The notes under the pieces: generated by a model
Told to the model about the DNA's origin: nothing
Seen by the model: only the letters and a program-made list of their open reading frames with translations
The model's database searches: none
DNA from: Candidatus Delongbacteria bacterium
GTDB taxonomy: Bacteria > CAIWAD01
Assembly (NCBI GenBank): GCA_963663545.1
Contig: OY760505.1
Span: 128,001 to 192,000 of the forward strand
Length of the DNA: 64,000 nucleotides
Direction of reading: 5' to 3'
Program-made: the position numbers and the translations under genes
Part shown: piece by piece, positions 60,168 through 64,000 of the stretch
Layout: every line of letters starts with the position of its first letter
How positions within the stretch are numbered: position 1 is the first letter of the stretch

Positions 60168-61181
60168 TTAATTCGCCGAAAGGGCAATACGGAAGCCAAC
60201 CCAAGAGTAGCCGGAAGCTGGATTTCCGAAATTACGATTTGCCACACGACTGTAGTGCGCAGCGTGCCCAATTGCACCTCCGTGCCCAGTTTTAAGAGAT
60301 CCTGCTTCTGGGCCATGAGGGTTATCCACAGGACTTACGTCGAAATAATCGGCATCATACCAATCCCAGCACCATTCCCAGAGATTGCCATTCATGTTGT
60401 AAATGCCCAACTGATTAGGGAGCTTTGTTCCAATCTCGCCCGGTCCACCATTGCTGCCATACCATGCATATTCACCTAAGCTGCTTTCTTCGTGACAGCC
60501 ACTATATCTGAGATTATCCTCGTTATGTATTCCGCCCCTCGCAGCATATTCCCATTCGGCTTCTGTGGGCAATCTATACCCGTTAGTGTTCCAGCTTACA
60601 TCTGGTGTAAAACTTGCAGGCCACAGAAGAGGATTAGATTCACCATCAACGGTGTAACACGGCGTACGGTTCTCTGCAATGCTTTTCAGATTACAGAATT
60701 TGATCGTATTGTACCAATTGACGTTTGCTTGTGGGTAGTTGGTCCCAGATCCACCATTCATTATGAGATTGTACTCATCATTTGAAACTTCAGTTTCACA
60801 AATGTAGTAGCTACTCAAATTGACAGTATGAACTGGCTGCTCATCATCGCCACCTTCTTGCTGTTCCCAGAAATGATCACCCATCTCAAAGGATCCACCT
60901 TCAACGAAAACCATATTTTCGGGGATATCAACAATACTGTCAATTGCTGTAACATGGAAGAACTGATACCCACTTACAGTTGCTAGTAGCTCAGCAGGGC
61001 TATCTAACGATGTTCTACCATAGATATTGTACCCATCTGCACCTGCAACCGGTTGCCACTGCAAAAGGACACCAATTGAGTCTCCGTTAACTGTTGCCTG
61101 AATCTGGACTTGGGGCGGATCAACCGCAAATGAGTTTCCAACAATGAAGAAAATGAATAACAGCGAATAAATTGTCCTCAT
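60168..61181 (-). CDS. Cassette 2: secreted FGE-sulfatase-domain (CLec-fold) protein
   Basis: GGAGG RBS; signal peptide; VEGGSFEMG, YRLPTEAEWEYAARGG, PNQLGIYNMNGNLWEWCWD, GFRI. Confidence 0.92.
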   Translation of the reverse strand: MRTIYSLLFIFFIVGNSFAVDPPQVQIQATVNGDSIGVLLQWQPVAGADGYNIYGRTSLDSPAELLATVSGYQFFHVTAIDSIVDIPENMVFVEGGSFEMGDHFWEQQEGGDDEQPVHTVNLSSYYICETEVSNDEYNLIMNGGSGTNYPQANVNWYNTIKFCNLKSIAENRTPCYTVDGESNPLLWPASFTPDVSWNTNGYRLPTEAEWEYAARGGIHNEDNLRYSGCHEESSLGEYAWYGSNGGPGEIGTKLPNQLGIYNMNGNLWEWCWDWYDADYFDVSPVDNPHGPEAGSLKTGHGGAIGHAAHYSRVANRNFGNPASGYSWVGFRIALSAN

Positions 61182-61211
61182 AACACCCTCCAAATAATTG
61201 TGAATTTATGC

Positions 61212-61285
61212 ACCTAACACGTGGCTAAGCCGCCATGCCCGCCGCTTTTGGGCGGGTATGGTCGGTCTTTAGCCTTTTGTTAACC
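61212..61285 (-). other. attC site of cassette 1 (74 bp)
   Basis: R'' GGTTAAC ... R' GTTAGGT; stem CCATACCCGCC/GGCGGGCATGG. Confidence 0.9.
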
Positions 61286-61286
61286 T

Positions 61287-61445
61287 TTATGGTCTCCAAG
61301 TTTCAACTGTGCCATCCTTACGAATGGTAACAACTGTTCTTTTTCCACATTTTGGACATCCTATCCTTTGCTCTCCTGGGACAAAAGTAATCTCACCGAT
61401 TTTTTCACCACAATGCGTACATCGAACAATTATTGTGTCTGCCAT
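61287..61445 (-). CDS. Cassette 1 ORF2: 52-aa zinc-ribbon protein; not in ORF track
   Basis: [62 protein letters not shown]; stop abuts attC. Confidence 0.8.
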   Translation of the reverse strand: MADTIIVRCTHCGEKIGEITFVPGEQRIGCPKCGKRTVVTIRKDGTVETWRP

Positions 61446-61455
61446 TTTCTCTCCT

Positions 61456-61848
61456 TTACCATGTTGGTTTCTTTAAATCTTTTGATGATAAAGCACTAAA
61501 CTTCCTGTTTTCAAATGAAGGGAAATTTAGTGAGTTTGCGGAAAACCTTGGAATCAGAGAGCTTGCTATATAGATCCCCGATTTAGTTTTCTCAACTTGA
61601 AAAGAATGATTATTAAACTGAATTATTTTATCAAATGCAGCTTCAGTTAAACCACTAGAGATAACATCAACTCCAAACACGGAAAGATCTGAACAATCAT
61701 TAACGGTTTCTATTGTATTTGATATATCTGAAACAGCGTCAATGACTGAATAAATTTCATAAGCAGCTGCAATAGATTTAATAATGCCGCCAAAAACTGC
61801 TTTTTTGAATATTGCTGAGGCAATTTTGAGAAGTAGAGATTCAATCAT
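61456..61848 (-). CDS. Cassette 1 ORF1: hypothetical protein
   Basis: 130-aa ORF starting 7 bp after the attI core heptamer; AT-rich. Confidence 0.7.
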   Translation of the reverse strand: MIESLLLKIASAIFKKAVFGGIIKSIAAAYEIYSVIDAVSDISNTIETVNDCSDLSVFGVDVISSGLTEAAFDKIIQFNNHSFQVEKTKSGIYIASSLIPRFSANSLNFPSFENRKFSALSSKDLKKPTW

Positions 61849-61855
61849 TTTTTTA

Positions 61856-61940
61856 GGTTAACATCTTATTCTACGGACCGTGTTATCCCGCACTTCCGCA
61901 CTTCTCTGGGTCCTGTTAAGTCCGCTCTTCGCATTTCTGT
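61856..61940 (-). other. Putative attI site
   Basis: Core G/TTAACC at 61856-61862, complementary to cassette 1 R'' GGTTAAC; imperfect direct repeats (GAAGTGCG) upstream; outer boundary approximate. Confidence 0.7.
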
Positions 61941-62133
61941 AGTCCTGTGTATCCAGCCCAGCGCGACCCCAAGGTCGCAAATCCTGCATAGATACAGCAA
62001 GGAAAAACACAGTGTTGTCAAGAAAGGTCTACACTCGATTTCACCCCTCCCAGCAGAACGCATAACTCCTTGAACTGCCCTTGTTAATCTCTTATCCTGA
62101 CAGCAGCTACGTACTTAACAGGGTGGAGTTAAC

Positions 62134-63094
62134 GTGACAGGGCAAAGATTGCGAGACCTGTTCCATGCATCATGCCGTAAGCGACATCTTAGCGAAAGCA
62201 CCGAGCGTGTCTATTGGCACTGGATCCTCAGTTTCTTGAGATTTCATGAATTGCAGCATCCACTTAGTCTGGGATCAAATGAGGTTGAACACTTCCTTTC
62301 ACACCTTGCCGTCCAGCAAAGTGTGGCCCCTTCGACTCAGACCCAGGCCCTGTGCTCCATTGTTTTCCTATACCGAAGTGTTCTACACCACGACATTGGC
62401 GATTTTTCGAGCTTCACCAGGGCCAAACCATCGAAGCACCTCCCGGTAGTGCTTTCGCGACAGGAAGTTCGGTCGCTGCTGGACAACCTAGAAGGTGTCT
62501 TCCGTCTGCAGGCCTCGCTACTCTATGGTGCCGGATTGCGCCTGACTGAATGCATGACTTTGCGAGTCAAAGACATCGACTTCGACAGGAATACCCTGTT
62601 CGTGCGGCAAGGCAAGGGCGCCAAGGACCGCAGTGCAGTGCTTCCCGATGCCATCAAGACTTCGCTGCATCAGCACGTGCTAGACCTCAGCGAGAGACAC
62701 AAACGCGATGTTGCACATGGCGTACATGTGCCTCTTCCTGGCGCTCTGGCACGCAAGTATCCCAATGCGAATCGGTCCTTAGCCTGGTATTGGTTGTTCC
62801 CATCTGCTGAAGTTCATCGATCAGAACAGGGTGGCGAACGCTGGCACCAGTCGCCAGCAACTCTGCAAAGGGCTGTTTCTACTGCCATTAAAAAAAGCGG
62901 GAATCTTGAAGCATGCGGGATGCCACACTCTGCGCCATAGCTTCGCTACACACTTGCTGGAATCCGGCACTGACTTGCGCACAATTCAGACGCTGTTGGG
63001 CCACGCCGACATTCGCACTACTATGATCTACACCCACGTTCTCGAAATGCACTCGTCTGGAGTTCGCAGTCCGCTGGAATTCGCACTTCGCTGA
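62134..63094 (+). pseudogene. intI: Integron integrase split by one extra A in an A7 run
   Basis: STQTQAL, LLYGAGLRLTE, GKGAKDR, LARKYPNA (IntI patch); [14 protein letters not shown] and TTMIYTH are in the next frame after 62890-62896. Confidence 0.93.
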
Positions 63095-63291
63095 TCGCGT
63101 ATCGGACAATCAGACGTGCTCGGCTTGGACAAATCCTTTGGCTCGGGAAAGGATGACTGCAACAGTGTCTGACCTTCAGCCCTTCCTTGCTAGCCTTTTG
63201 AGCGCCATCCCCCAGCTGCATCCCAGGCTGGCATTCCAACAAGACAAGCTCAACAACCAGCGTATCAATTCATAACAGCTGCATCCACAAA

Positions 63292-63647
63292 CACATGGCA
63301 ACAGCCAGGCCCGGCCAGGTGTGATGCCCGCTTCGCGTCCATCACCTCGACGAAGCCCCGCATCTCATTCGACTGTATCCGCAACTCCGCTTAACTGCGG
63401 GTCTTCGTCCACAGGCATTCAGGGCTTTCTGTCGAAGATGAGAGGTAGAATCGGCTCCGCCGAATCTACACGCATTCCGGCCACTGTATCCCACAGCTTG
63501 TCTATCACACGAAACTAACCAAGTCCATTGATCCACGGCATCAGGAAATGTCGCACGTGAAAGCCGAGTTGACTCCGGGCTTTGTCCCGGCGTCAACTCG
63601 GGTTGAACAAGTTGGCGTATCACATGGCAACAGCCAGGCCCGGCCAG
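63292..63647. repeat. 27-bp direct repeat flanking about 300 bp
   Basis: CACATGGCAACAGCCAGGCCCGGCCAG at 63292-63318 and 63621-63647. Confidence 0.9.
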
Positions 63648-63890
63648 CGGAAGCTGACGAGTCGTCAGCTGACTCTGGACGGGCGAGCGTTTTCTTTGCG
63701 CCGGTTTCTTTGACGCGACAAAGAAAGCGGCATCTTTGGGCTTAGCGCAAGCGTACGCCCCGCGCCAGCGGCAAAGAGCACAAACAGCAACATGCTACTA
63801 CAGCTGAATAGCGGCACTTCGACCCCAACTGAAGAAAAGAGCCCCGCGCGGGCATGGCGCTCGGCGAAGCCAAATCCTACATTGATTGCC

Positions 63891-64000
63891 ATGAAAGGCT
63901 TCATCGGCATCGCAGGCAACATCGGCGTTGGCAAAACCACACTCACCGACTGGCTGGCCACCCACCTGAACTGGGACCCCTACTACGAGAGCGTGGCGGA
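63891..64000 (+). CDS. Deoxynucleoside kinase (3'-partial)
   Basis: MKGFIGIAGNIGVGKTTLT...YYE P-loop. Confidence 0.88.
   Translation, partial: MKGFIGIAGNIGVGKTTLTDWLATHLNWDPYYESVA

Larger units (their letters stand above)
57251..63094. mobile_element. Integron: intI (frameshifted), attI and four gene cassettes
   Basis: IntI divergent from tandem AT-richer ORFs, each followed by an attC hairpin whose R'' pairs with that cassette's own 5' core site. Confidence 0.93.

Overview
GC-rich (about 60% by eye) bacterial chromosome segment, probably from an FCB-superphylum lineage (inferred from the LpxC-FabZ fusion, a GWxTD protein and bS22). Positions 1-56.9 kb are mostly housekeeping genes on the minus strand: bamA-skp-lpxD-lpxC/fabZ-lpxA-lplA-rsmB-PASTA-rpe, rodZ/maf/ubiA, glgB, xseAB-nadK-ftsY-rimO, mltD, comF, hldE-like kinase and rlmD, plus three tRNAs (Phe-GAA, Ala-CGC, Thr-TGT). 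A canonical-looking XerCD dif site at 9393-9420 suggests the replication terminus. Next to tRNA-Thr is an integron with four AT-richer cassettes, four attC sites, an attI and an intI broken by one extra A in an A7 run. Four unexplained signals stand out. (1) The heptamer GTGATAC/GTATCAC (family GTRWYAC) occurs about 70 times by manual count, roughly 10x expectation, in both orientations, and was not seen in the cassette ORFs. (2) A repeat-spacer-repeat-spacer-repeat array (35 bp/36 bp) is built from the first 35 bp of lplA and creates two ATGA-coupled 24-aa peptides. (3) A hybrid histidine kinase has lost its phosphoacceptor His. (4) A REC-DHp module is duplicated with a degenerate second copy. 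All calls come from reading the sequence; no searches were run.
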